Shown one piece after another: positions 51,343 to 64,000 of a DNA stretch of 64,000 nt. Made by a program: the position numbers and the translations under genes. Origin of the DNA: Eledone cirrhosa (taxonomy: Eukaryota); NCBI GenBank assembly GCA_964016885.1, contig OZ024740.1, forward strand, positions 98,332,001 through 98,396,000, read 5' to 3'. The notes below the pieces were generated by a model. That model saw nothing but the letters and a program-made list of their open reading frames with translations, was not told where the DNA came from and did no database searches. Positions within the stretch are counted from its first letter, which is position 1, and every line of letters starts with the position of its first letter.

Positions 51343-51633
51343 ATTATTTTTATGACTCACAACAGCATAAGTGTAGCTATAACATAGCATCACATGAAAG
51401 TTTTCTTGCATGTTTTAATGATAGGGAGCCCAATCATATCATCAGTGTTTCACATGAGGGTAGGTTGGATTTGAACTAAGAACATACACAGCTGGAACAT
51501 ATGCTTTAACTTCTGTGTGGTGTATCACAGTAATCAAGGATTTCTGGGATGTTATCATTTTAGCCTTTTTGTTTTAGTCAATTTGGAAATTCTCCATATT
51601 TTTCCAAATGTGTAAATTGTTACAGACCCATTA

Positions 51634-53418
51634 CACTGTGTAATATATATTTTGTTCCCAGGTTCTAAGTAACATTTCTTGGTTTGGTATATCCCATTAT
51701 TATTAAAAAAAAACTATTATATAATCAGAAGTTTGGATTTGTGGTCAGGAGTTTGATATTTCGAAATGTTCATATTTTTCAAGAAAAAACACATTTAAAA
51801 AAATTTATCAGTTCATATAATTAAATCAACAGAGTATATATTTATTTTATTACACAAGCTTATCAAAAGCAAACAAGTAAAAACAAATAACACTTATAAA
51901 GCAACTTATACACGTCAGAAATGACTGGATTTCCTGGATTTGCAGTTGTAGTCCAGGTCGCATTCCCGCACTAGCCCCCAGATATAGTTCCCATTATTTT
52001 TTCATTGCAGTGGTCCGGATACCTCCGCTCTATCTCTTTCACATCTTGGTGGAATCGTTCGCCTTGTTCTTCTGAGTAGGCGCCCATATTGTCCTTGAAT
52101 TTTTCCAGGTGAGCGTCCAGGATATGGAGTTTAAGCGACATCCTGCATCCCATGGTGCCAAAAGCCTTTATCAGATCTTGCACCAGTTGCTGGTAGTTTT
52201 CAGCTCTGTAGTTGCCTAGGAAGCCCTTAACAACTGCCTTGAAACAGTTTCATGCTGTTCTCTTAATCCTATTCAGATTATTGGAGAACTTGGTAGACTC
52301 AAACACCTTCTTCATCTGAGGTCCAACAAAAATTGCACCTTTGATTTTGGCTTCAGATAACTTGGGGAAGAACTCAAGAAGGTACTTAAAAGCGGCTGAT
52401 TCTTGGTTGAGAGCCTTCACAAACTGCTTCCTCAGCCCCAACTTAATGTGCAGTGGCGGCATGAGCACAATCCTGGGATCAACCTGTGGCTCCCACATGA
52501 TGTTCCGGGTCCCAACTACAAATTCTGTTTGCTGCTCCCAGTTCTTTCTTTTGTAGTGGTCAGAGGTGGCTCTGCTGTCCCAAAGGCAGAGGAAGCATTG
52601 GAATTTGATAAAGCCTCCTTGGAGTCCAAGCAGGAAAGCCACCATCTTGAAGTCTCCAATGATTTCCCAATTGTACTGGTTGTATTCCAGAGCTTCCAAG
52701 AGGACTTTCACACTGTAGCAATCTTCCTTCAGGCAGACTGAATGAGCTAGGGGCAGTGTCGGGAACTTGTTTCCATTGTGGAGGACAGCCTTCAAACTTG
52801 TGGTGGAACTGTCTATAAATAGCCACCACTCCTTGGGCACTAACGGCATCCAATAACGTCAAACAGTCCAGGCATGTCATGGCAGAAGCAGAGGCCATCT
52901 CTAAGAGTGTAAAAGCCTGAGAAAGGTTTGTGTCGACTTCTCTGACTTGTCACCTGCACTTCCTCCTTGACCAAGTTCCACTGCTTCATCCTGGAGACGA
53001 ATAGCTCTGCATTGGACTTGGTCAGACCCATATCCCTGACCAAGCCATTGACTTCTTTTTGGTTTAGGAAGTGATGAACTTTTTCTGGTACCCCAGTATC
53101 AATAAATCTCTTTAATCCACTTTTTAACAATTTTATACTTTATTGCACTTTTATAATTTTCTTTAGGTATTACTCTTTATTTTATAACTTTAATTTAACC
53201 TGAAACATATATTAAAAAATCATTTAACATAAGCAAATTAAATTTACATACAATGTAAAATGCAGCATACAAATAATTCTAGTGAATAGCTTAGAATTTT
53301 TACAAACCCAACCTTTTAACTGTTTAATAGCACTTTTTTTTTTATTTGGGACCTAAGCAACAAAAAAAAGTGATTACAAGCCAGGAACAGAGAAAATAAA
53401 TTTTTTGGTTACATGGTG
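51634..53418 (-). mobile_element. internally deleted Chapaev3-like (CMC) DNA transposon
   Basis: Imperfect TIRs CACTGTGTAA...TTTTGTTCCCAGG and CCAGGAACA...TTACATGGTG. TTA on both flanks. Transposase fragments WLFIDSS...LKAVLHNGN, GDFKMV, CFLCLWDSR, PPLHIKLG and LHILDAHL...SEEQGERFHQ across 51971-53100, frameshifted and lacking the N-terminus. Confidence 0.8.
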
Positions 53419-54212
53419 TTATTTTCAAAAGATTTATAGTTATCGTTATCTTCATATAAGCGCTTGGCCAAATGGACAGATGTTCAAACATCCAAGATGT
53501 TAGAAATTCTGAAAGTATAAAAGCAAACTGGTCCATGACAAGATTTGAACAGAGAGCACAGGGAGCTGGAACATATATCCAATGCTCTAATGACAGTAAA
53601 GTTGACAACCTTAATTTAGATTTACCATGAAATGATCTGTAATGGCTGCCACATTGAACTAAAATCTGTGCTAAGCTTACTCATCCACTTATCAGTAACA
53701 GCTATGAGATATCTGATGCTTATTTATTTTCTCTGATTTTCAATAGCATTTCTTTTTATCTATAATCATCATCATCTTATTTCTAACATTATATGATTTC
53801 CTCTCTTATATCATACCCATTCAACCATTCTTGATTTGATATGTTCCTCTTCTTCATTAGATATGTATGATGTTCTTTCATACTGATACCCAAAGGCATT
53901 TCATTTACTGATTTATATGAGAACCTATAAATCCATGGGATTTTATGGATTCTTTAGTTCATACCACTCTTGGGTAGATTTTACTCTAGTGAGCATTCTG
54001 CAGAGTGTAGATAAAGCATTACATAAGCTAGCAGTTATCTCAGTTCAGTATTGTTGCATTATTGAAGTGTTGAACATAATCATTTAAATAATGGACTGAT
54101 AATTGTACATGCACTATTAATACAATATTTTTAACCAGCATGGTTCTCTTAAGCCATCAAGTGAGACTTTACTATCTGACTCCCTTCTCCTCTCTCTCTT
54201 TCGCTCTCTCTC

Positions 54213-54270
<58 letters not shown>

Positions 54271-55405
54271 CACACAACGAACTGGATTGCTATCATCATC
54301 TTTTCAACATTTACAATCCAAGTAACATTGTGGTAGCCTTCAAACAAAACATTATTTTCTACACATTACACGAAGCTTCAGGCAAACTACAACACTCCTT
54401 TTATATATATATAGATCTGACTTTAATGTTTGTTTTGCCTGACTTTTGATGTAAAGTAAAATGATGAAACATGTATCGCTATAATATGGGACGGTCATAT
54501 TGCCAATATAACTGCACATAATAAAACTTAAGGTATTTCAAAAACCGGGAATTCCCATAAAATCTCTGGCCAACAGAACTTATCTATTTAAGAAAACACT
54601 CTATCCTGACAGAAATTGCATAGTCTCTAATGTAAGCCCAAAGATAAATAGAAAAACTAGAAATGTAGAATATATCGTAAGATGCACAGAGAGACAACAT
54701 ATGTAAGAGAAATAACTCATAGTATAGGTGAAAAGAAAAATTGATGTCAACATGAAAACTTGCCAAACTAGAACATGATGGCGTATGAGAAAATATTAAG
54801 ATAAACATCATATCTACACAGCAAACGGAAGCAATGTTCAGTCAGCTCATATAACAGAAGGTAAACCCAATCTCAATAGGAAGACTGAATAGATAAGCAA
54901 CAACCTCACAACTTAATGACTGGTGACAATATGACACAAAGAATAAATATATGTTGATAGGTGAAATAAGGCTTAAGAACACACATTTATACATGCATTT
55001 TCAAGCCAAACATTTGTGGAAGCAGCAGTACAAAAAGATACACACATCGACACAAACGCATACGTTGATGCAGACCATGTACGCACCACAAATGGGCAAG
55101 ATGACATAAATAGAACAAAATTAAAATCAAGAAGAAACACAGAGGAACAAGTATAGTTATTGATAAGATCACAGAATGTGTGACAAAGGAGCTTTCACAA
55201 TTAGATATGACAATTGAACAACCATCCAGTTATCAAATTAAACAAGGAATGGATTAGTTACCTAACTTATAATAAAACTGAAGTGAAATTCAATTGTTGC
55301 CTGTGTTTGTATTGGCCACATAAGCCTACCCAAAGTATAACCACTATACTTTAGAAGCCCTCACAGTGTTTTCCAATATTCCCATTAGATACGTTTATAT
55401 ATACA

Positions 55406-55461
<56 letters not shown>

Positions 55462-55504
55462 GAAATGACTTCTACAGGACTAGAACTGTTTCATTTGGGA
55501 TAAA

Positions 55505-55577
<73 letters not shown>

Positions 55578-55769
55578 TGTATATGTTATTGTATTTAATG
55601 GGCACATTGAACATGTCTGTGTGCCTTCCATCGTGTCCAGGGAGGATTTGCTATTTGTAAGAGAAAGGAGGAGGGATAAGGCTCCTCAAGTTTTGTGATA
55701 CAAGTGCTCTATATGAAACAATAAATTCAGAAAACATACCTGCCATTTGAATACTTATAAATCAGGCAA

Positions 55770-56310
55770 AATGTGACATGGTGTGGAAAAGTAGGGTAAA
55801 TGAATCAATCAAACAATCAAAGCTATGAAACAAGCAATGAAAGACTGGAAAAATGGGGAAAGCAGAGAATATTATCAAGAAGATAGAAGAGAAGCAAATT
55901 TCCAGAAAAACTTAGCACAAAAAGAAGCAAAAAGAAATAATTTCTGCATGTTTTGCATTAGGAATATCAAAGGTGTGAAGTGTTGAAGATTAGAAACTAT
56001 CAAGATGTGATGAAATCCATTGAAAATGATAGTGGCACATATGTCCTGACCCCTACTAAAAAGAAAGTGCCATTATGAGAGTTTTCAATGCAGAAAATGC
56101 TTGGGAAGAAGAGTGTTTGCCTCAAGTAGAAGTAACAGAGATACTAGCCACCAAAGTTAGCTGTAGTATTATTAGTTAATTAAAGATATGGAGGCTGGCA
56201 AAGCAGCTGGTCTTTCAGGAATTATTTGCTGAAAGCATATGATATGGTGAGTATCACGTTACCTGCATATATGATACATCAAGCAATACAGGATGACATT
56301 ATTCATAGGA
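55770..56310 (+). pseudogene. decayed RTE internal fragment
   Basis: Colinear similarity to 8965-9270 joined to 10214-10460 (VTW...ESIK...WKNGESRE...MEAGKAAG). Confidence 0.55.
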
Positions 56311-59119
56311 ACAGTACCAATAATGCACTGGTGTAATTGCTGGCATTCTGCCAAAAGTAGAAACAAATCTATAGGTGAGATGTGCGAGGGAAGAAACTAT
56401 CAGCATAGAATTTGTGAATGCATATCAATGCTCTGATTAAATCTGTGAATAAAATACAACATATTGAGGAGGGCATTAAAGGTTTTGACTTGCTGTAGTG
56501 TAGCAAAAAATTTCAGGAAGCAGAGCACTAATCATTTTTAGCTAAAAATCATTTGCTTGATCCTCGAGAATTTGTAACTAAGTCTCCTTCCTATTAACCC
56601 CCCCCCCCCCGACTGCCTTAAAATGATAGAGACACTATATAAAAGCTATCTTAATTGCACTGTGTGGCTGAATAATAAACGATAGGATTGTCACAATTAT
56701 TCCAGTTTTTGGTCATATATTTTGATTAGGGATGACTTGTGAACTAAACAACAACAGCAATGATACCAAACAACTTGAAGATTCAGAAGATATTTATTTA
56801 CTTATTTTATTTTATATCACATATGGTAAAGACAACAAGTCAATCTCTCTAGTACTGTTAGCATGATAAAATACACCCGGTGTATTCTGTAATGTGGCTG
56901 GTGTTACAAAATTCATCCAGACGATATTTTGAATGTATGTGCATGATGTGGTCGAGCAACCTCTCTAGGAGGGCAATAACCCTTAAGAATTGACTTGTTC
57001 TGTGACAACTTGTCCAATGCTGATGATGAGTACAATAATTATTCGTTCATTCAATTCCTGACTGTTATAATGACAAAGGGATGACAGTAACCTGGGGCTG
57101 AAAATAGCAACAGTTCATTTTCAACAAATGCAATACAACTTGGAACCTGCTGCAAGCAATTTCAGAACCAAAAAGAACTAGAACAAATATCAAAAAGCAT
57201 TTTAGCCAATGCTCCAAACATTTTGTTCACCTACCAGCTTGGACTAGTAATTTATTTAATCATATCTGGAAGGATGGAAGGCAAATTTGATGTTCTCAGG
57301 ATTTGAACATAGTTGTGGGCTTTGTTAATTTGGTTGTCATTAAAGAGATATTTTATAGCAAGCTTTAAATATTGATTGGAAGGAATCTTGGTGGGTAATT
57401 GATAGAGTCATTAGAATATCTTGCAGTATTTGTTCCAGCTCTGTACACTCCATGTTCAAATCAGTCTACAGTAGTAGATTGGTAGGATTGTTAGATTTTT
57501 AGACATGATGCTTTTTCAGCATGTCTGGTACTTTGTGTTCTTATTTCAAATTCTGCCTAGAGATTCATATCCCATCAATGACCTTGGCTAATCAACTGTC
57601 CATAGGACCATAGATGATTGTAAAAGCTGTCATGGATAGAGGAAGATTGTGGCCATCTACCATTTCAGTTAAATATTAATGATGAATCTATGTATCAAAA
57701 TATATTTCAGTAAGTGTATACAATTTTGATTTCTTAAATAAGTAAATGGCCTCAAATTTGGTAGACATGGACATTCTAGTTTATCAATTCTAAGACATGA
57801 CAAGTATTTTATTTTATCAAACCCAAAAGGGTAAAATATGGAATTAATCATCACTACATGGTTTGAACTCAGAACATAAAAACCTGGGACAAATGCTACA
57901 AGGGATTTTGATTCTCCTGGTCCAGCACCATACTTTTATAAAGATTTCATAGTTCTGGACTTCTTTAACTGTTTCACTATCATATTTTCAGTGAAAGAAG
58001 TTACTAAAAATTTGCAAATACTTTTGAAACTAATCAAGAATTTGAAAGGATTTAGTAATATATTATCTTTAAATGTTCAGCTGTTGTTTGATATTTACAA
58101 TTTTCTTTTTACAGAAATTTGTAATGGTAGAATTTTAGATAAACAGCTTCAAATCTTAAAACAAGGCGTGGTTTCAGGTGGGTTGGTATGAAAATGATTA
58201 AACCATATTGTTGTGAAAAAGACATCATGGCATAGTTAGCAAAAATTCTACTGTCCATTCAATGTAGTTTATGTATGAAAAGATATTCCAGCAGACATCC
58301 ACAATAACTAAGATGTAGTTATATGCAGTCACACCTATATTACAAGTTTTATTTGATTTACAATGGCTGAGAAGAAAAGATAACTACTTCTAGAATACTA
58401 TTTCATCTTTTTTTATTGCTTTCTACATATTTTTCTTTACAGCAAGAATATTTCTTAGTGTAGAAAACATGTATAAATGTAACAGCCATAAAACAAGTTC
58501 TAAGATATCTTACTCAAATGAAATTTCTTTACTGCTTTTAAATTCATAGATAGTACTCACTGATTATTTTGTTTTATAGACATGGCTGTGTGTTTAAAGG
58601 GCAGGCTGTACAACCTCATGATTTCATATTCGATCCCACTATATAGCCGGTTTTCTGTTATTAACTTAGATAGATCAATGTCTTCTGAGTGAAATTTGGT
58701 AAACAGAGACTTACTCTGTGTATGTGTATATATATTTATGTACATGTATCTAACTATCTATCTATCTATCTCTCTCTCTATATATATATGTTGTTATATT
58801 TGGGGAGGGTCATATTTGTGTAATATTGCCAGAATTAATAACAGAACACACTTACTGTTTGGTTGGTTTTCACTTTTCGCTTCTGTGTCTTTTATATCGG
58901 TTAATTTAATTTATTCGGTCCTCAATGTTGCCATTGACTGACCAACGGTCAAATATACAGATACAATATAGACACAAACACATATATATATAGTCTATCA
59001 AAGTTCTTTCGTTTCACATCTGCAACATCGTCAATGGTGCTATTGTTTCCTCCCGTTGAATTGTATGTCTACGCCATCTTTATTTAGTCTGTTAATATAT
59101 TTATTTATTTGTTTATTTT

Positions 59120-59980
59120 TTTGTAGACGATATCAATATAGTAATAAGAACATCCCCACAAGAGAGCACTAACAAGTTTGATTTAGAACGTAGCACAATG
59201 GAAAGCATCCAGCAGATAGCTAATTCCATACACCAGAGTATAACTGTAACTATCGACTACTCTTCCAAACACCCTAACAATAGACAACCTGTATTAGACA
59301 CGGAACTCTGGATTAACACTATAGACGAGAGAGCCCAAATTCTCCACTCACACTATGCTAAACCCATGGCCTCCAAATACCTGATACTCAAAAACTCAGC
59401 AATGTCCAGTAGTGCTAAGTTTAATATTCTGATCGCAGACTTGGTACGAGTGATGAAGAACGTGTCCCGCATGTTCGACCCAACAGAAATGGAAAAACAC
59501 ATCCAACACTTCATCAACCGCATGCAGTTCTCTGGCTACAACCAAAGAGACAGAATCAGAGTATACGAAGGAGCCACGGAGAAGTATAAGACCCTCATAG
59601 AACTGGACATGAAAGGAATTTTCCCATTATACAGGAGCAAATCATGGAATAGCTTAGATAGGGCTAGACATAAGATAGGGAAAGCTACCTCATGGTACGA
59701 CAACCAGAGATACCAAAGTGTCATGTTTGTGGACGCTACCCCTGGAGGGAAATTAGCTAACCAGTGTAGAAAGGCCCTCAGAAAGACCCACTTAAAGATT
59801 AAGGTGGTAGCAAAGCCAGGAACCACCATAAAATCCCTGATCAGCAAAACCTACCCTTTTAAGAAAACCCACTGTTCTAATAGGAAACGTATCATATGTA
59901 AAGTAAACCCCAGGATAAACTGTAAAACTAGAAACGTAGTCTATAGCATAAGATGTAGAGAGGGTACTTGCAGAACATAA
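59120..59980 (+). pseudogene. Penelope-like element ORF fragment (RT C-terminus, thumb, start of GIY-YIG)
   Basis: VDDINIV at the start, then PVLDTELWI, HYAKPMAS, RMQFSGY, FVDATPGGKLA and CKVNPRINCKTRNVVYSIRC. Frame is open for more than 260 aa. Confidence 0.8.
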
Positions 59981-60554
59981 TAGGACCGGTGTACAATCCA
60001 TGGCTGTGACTGATTAAAAACATTCACTAAAATAAAACATAGCCAATGTAATGGAAAAGATAGCAATAACATTGATACTCTCAGCACATATACATTTGAA
60101 CATTACAGAAACAACAGTCACACTACATCCACCATAAACACACAGTTTTAATACAAAAACAGCTTTGCCTGATATGCTTATTTTATGCAAAAAATTATAT
60201 TTGCCTAATACCAATGCTTGTTTCCTTCCTGTATATGACTAATGCATTTGCACTCTCTTTACGCTTGCAAATGTACAGCTAGTGTCCTCGTTTTACGAGT
60301 AACTCTCTGTCTTAATGCCTCTTTAATTGTTATACTATTCCTTTATAATCTCTGTCACTTGCATTCCACTCTGTACCTTTTTAATATTTAATTTTTAATT
60401 TTTAATTTTTAATCTTAATTATTGTACAATTCTCTTGTAATCTATGTCGCATCCATTCCACCCTGTAAATACGAAACTGTTGTTGACATTAATATCCATG
60501 TATCTATATGATTGTTCAGTTGAATAGGAGGTTAATTATATGTACAAACATTGC

Positions 60555-60607
60555 TATTGCTCCGATGAATCCAAACGATAGTATGGAAGAAACGATTGTC
60601 AGCAATA
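60555..60607 (+). ncRNA. type I hammerhead ribozyme variant downstream of the PLE ORF
   Basis: Stem I TATTGCT/AGCAATA (7 bp). Core CCGATGA (U4C). Stem II TCCA/TGGA. GAAAC-GATT-GTC. Confidence 0.7.
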
Positions 60608-60861
60608 AAATGATATGAACATAGCTTTAATTATTGTGCAATTTATATTCCCGCTCTGTAAAACATCTCATGTATTTACATTGAGGTATTTTTTCTTACT
60701 GATAATAGGGTAGTACTAAATTACTGACCTTTCCCGTTTATAGTTGTATATAGTGTATACATAACTATAAATAATATATATATATATATATATATTAGAA
60801 AGTGAGGTTTTTTTTACAAAATGAAAAATAACCGAGTTGTCCTACACGAGTGAAAGTATAA

Positions 60862-61068
60862 AGAAAAAAGATGAAATCGAAAATGCAACTAGAGTCTTTT
60901 TTTTTTAAATATATATGTTTATTTGGTTCCTTTACCGCTTTCGCAGACCCTTCATCTCAACTCTACTTTTGAAAAGCAGAGGAACTGTGAAACCGGTAAA
61001 GGAACCAAAGAAATACACATATATTTTTTAAAAGAGACTTCAGTTGCATTTTCGATTTCATCTTTTTT
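60862..61068. repeat. ~85-bp-arm inverted repeat containing hammerhead-like 3' halves
   Basis: AAAAAAGATGAAATCGAAAATGCAACT...TTGGTTCCTTTACCGCTTTC versus GAAACCGGTAAAGGAACCAA...AGTTGCATTTTCGATTTCATCTTTTTT. Confidence 0.8.
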
Positions 61069-61094
61069 GCTTATATATATATATATATATATAT

Positions 61095-61814
61095 ATTATC
61101 TGTTATAAACACACTCAGGGCGAAACAGATTAGGGATATTCTGTCCGAGAGATATAATGGTTATTGAGGCGGTTTGTATATTTTATCATTCTGTCTGCTT
61201 CTTGGTTAAATATTTCAAACAAATGTGGTTTTTCAACCCTTGTAATTTTAGACACACGGTTTACTGTGTTTCTTACTATATATTATTAATCGGCTCAGTA
61301 TTTATACTTGGAGCTTAATAGTTACAGGGTTCCAATTGAGTTTTAACTCTAATTTTCATATATATTTCTGCTCCCTCACAAGTTGAGCTTATTAAGTTGT
61401 GTGTGTTGGACTGTTATTTCTATTCAATACACGCTTACCACGTTTGACTAGCGGAGCACGAGGTGACAAATTCATCTTTCTGTGTGAACGTTGGCAAATA
61501 GTGTTTGTGGCATTTAATCAGATTCTCTCGCTGATGAAGCCCAGGATTATCTGTTGCAAACACACTCAGGGCGAAACAGATTAGGGATAATCTGTCCGAG
61601 AGATATAATGGTTATTGAGGCGGTTTGTATATTTTATCATTCTGTCTGCTTCTTGGTTAAATATTTCAAACAAATGTGGTTTTTCGACCCTTGTAATTTT
61701 AGACACACGGTTTACTGTGTTTCTTACTATATATTATTAATCGGCTCAGTATTTATACTTGGAGCTTAATAGTTACAGGGTTCCAATTGAGTTTTAACTC
61801 TAATTTTCATATAT
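61095..61814 (+). mobile_element. non-coding partial tandem repeat (451-bp period) carrying a hammerhead: retrozyme or solo pLTR
   Basis: 61095-61363 matches 61546-61814 (269 bp, about four mismatches). It begins at a (TA)n tract. Confidence 0.85.
61524..61603 (+). ncRNA. intact type I hammerhead ribozyme
   Basis: Stem I TCTCTCG/CGAGAGA. CTGATGA plus one extra A. Stem II GCCC/GGGC. GAAA. Stem III ACAGATTA-ggga-TAATCTGT. GUC triplet with predicted cleavage after 61596. Confidence 0.92.
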
Positions 61815-62708
61815 CATCATCATCATCATCATCAACGTTTAACGTCCGTGTTCCACGCTTGCATGGGTTTGGACGGGGGTTTTCCCACTTGAGGCAAGAG
61901 TGATTGTCTTGCTTGCATAGGACTGTCTGGCAGGTATATATATATATATATATACAGATTAGAGCAAACATTACGGACGCTCTAGCTCAAAATTATTTTT
62001 GAAAAGCATTAGAAATGCGCAACCGGTAAAACTTAAAACCAAAACTCAATACTAGCCAATAATATTACTAATTCTCACTTATTCCTAATTAAACTATTTT
62101 TCACTGTGAACAATTTGTCAGCATTTCCTTTTCCGTTTACCAATATATCATAACTTGTGTGTTACACCTCTATTCTTTTAAATATATATATATATATATA
62201 CATGTATATATATTTATATATTACATATATGTACAGTATTTAAATGAAATGTTATATATATATAACAATTCATTTCATATTGCTCCAGTATACTCAGTTG
62301 AAAATGAGTACTAGCAGTAGCTGGGGGTTTAACTTTGCAATGGACTGGCATCCAGGATCGAGTCTTGTACTCTCAATCAATGAACCAGAATAAGCACCAG
62401 CCTGATCAACCCCTTGTATGAAAGAAGCAAGGACTTTGATAGCTGTGCCTTATATATAGAAAAGGAGTAAGTAGAATTTCCAAAAAATGTATAGAATGCA
62501 CATACATGTGTAGTGGATTGAAGGTAGGTTAAGAAGAAAGGCAGTCTTTGTGACAAATACAAAAGACTCCACAACTATGCCTAACATAGTTGAGTATTAC
62601 ATTGAAATTCCATTATGTTTATGACTGATTCTACACCAGAATACAAATAGTATATTGTTTTATCTATTTCAGACGTCTATATTATTATTATTATTTTGTT
62701 TTGTTTGA

Positions 62709-62893
62709 GGGCGATGAATTGGCAGTATTGGTAGAGGGTTGAACGCCATGCTTTCTAGCATAGTTACGTCTCTTTACGATCTGAGTTCAAATCCTGTTGA
62801 GGTTAACTTTGCCTTTCATCCTTTTGGGGTCGATAAAATAAAGTACCAGTAATGTACTGGGTAATTGCTGGCCTTGTACCAAAAGTAGAAACA
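62709..62893 (+). mobile_element. SINE family A
   Basis: Full-length match with ATTATT-rich flanks. Confidence 0.88.
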
Positions 62894-63779
62894 ATTATTA
62901 TGATGTTTTGTTTTCTTTTACAAAACCCAACACACAATTGTGTCTCTCCTTCTCTTCATCGTCATCATTATCATCGTCTTCATTGCTTACAATGTGTGGA
63001 GCGAAGCACTGATTCCTTCACTCTTTCGCCCCTTCCTGTTTCTCCCTGACACTTGTATAAATATTCAATCTGCCTGAGGCAATTGAAGACTTCAAATCTT
63101 AAGCTAAGATCATGTTTTTTTATATTTTTGTCTTTCTCTTTCTTTCTTAACCTTACTTCCACGTATCAATAACCTCTCAGTCCAATTTTTCACGATATCT
63201 TTTAACTCTTTGCCTATATATTACTAATGTTTCAGCTAGTTACCATGATAGCTAGCTATTTACCTATCTATTTCAGACACAGACGCTATATCCCTCCTAC
63301 CCACACCCTATCCAAGACTATTTGGCTAGCTGTAGTGAAGGCAACCCTTCTAGAAGGGAAGTGGCTCTAATGTAAAAACGACTGCATGGGGAAGACATGG
63401 GATCTGTAAGCCATAGTGAAAGCCACCCATCTACAAAGTATACACTTCAAATAAAAACTGATACAGGGTGGAGAGGACTCTTAAGTTTGGTAACACAACA
63501 TCTCTAGTGCTGGTAGCACAAAAAATTCACCAGTCGACTCTGCAGAATGGTTGGTGATAGGAAGGGCATCCAGCGAGTAAAACTCTGCAAAAATTATGAA
63601 AAGCACGATCAATATAATTGCAAACACAGAACTAACACTAGTCATGTTAGTGCTGTGCACAGTAGTGGGATGGCTAGAGTAGCTATGTGTGAGAACCCCT
63701 TGACTGTCATCAAACAATCACACTTTCCCTATCAGGTACATACAACCTCTAACCGAGGATGTAACAACAACAGTCAAGG

Positions 63780-64000
63780 TACAAATCTCAGGACTGCCAC
63801 CCTTAGTGTTGGTACCCTGAAAAACAAATCAGGTGAAATTGTGGAACTGTTAGAGAGAAGGTGAGTAGATTTATGCTGTGTACAAGAAGTAAAATGGAGG
63901 GGTGGCTCAGCGAGACTAGTCATAGGAAAGCAATATAAACTCAACTAGGTAGGACATTACAATGGGGTAGCTCAGAAATGGATAGATAAGGTGATTTATA
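63780..64000 (+). pseudogene. start of another decayed RTE-clade LINE (APE N-terminus), running off the window
   Basis: LRTATLSVGTLKNKSGEIVELLERR*VDLCCVQEVKWRGGSARL is homologous to 8036-8200. Confidence 0.8.

Overview
AT-rich, microsatellite-dense eukaryotic DNA made almost entirely of transposable elements. The SINE, RTE and microsatellite make-up resembles a cephalopod (octopus-like) genome, which is an inference. No prokaryotic features are present and there is at most one candidate host exon. Main contents: (1) decayed RTE-clade LINEs, one carrying a nested 5'-inverted insertion. (2) A ~16 kb retrotransposon nest (17.9-33.8 kb) built on (AAT)n tracts, with a near-full Tx1/L1-type LINE plus fragments on the minus strand and five head-to-tail, differently 5'-truncated R4/Dong-type RLE LINEs on the plus strand, two of which have uninterrupted RT-RLE frames. 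(3) Several Penelope-like remnants and at least four recognisable type I hammerhead ribozymes, including an apparently intact one in a 451-bp-period non-coding partial tandem repeat (retrozyme or pLTR-like). (4) A rearranged Gypsy element whose gag-protease segment is inverted relative to its LTRs and PBS. (5) A Chapaev3-like DNA transposon with TIRs and TSD, a hAT remnant, fold-back elements and many tRNA-derived SINEs. All family assignments come from motifs recognised by eye, not from database searches.
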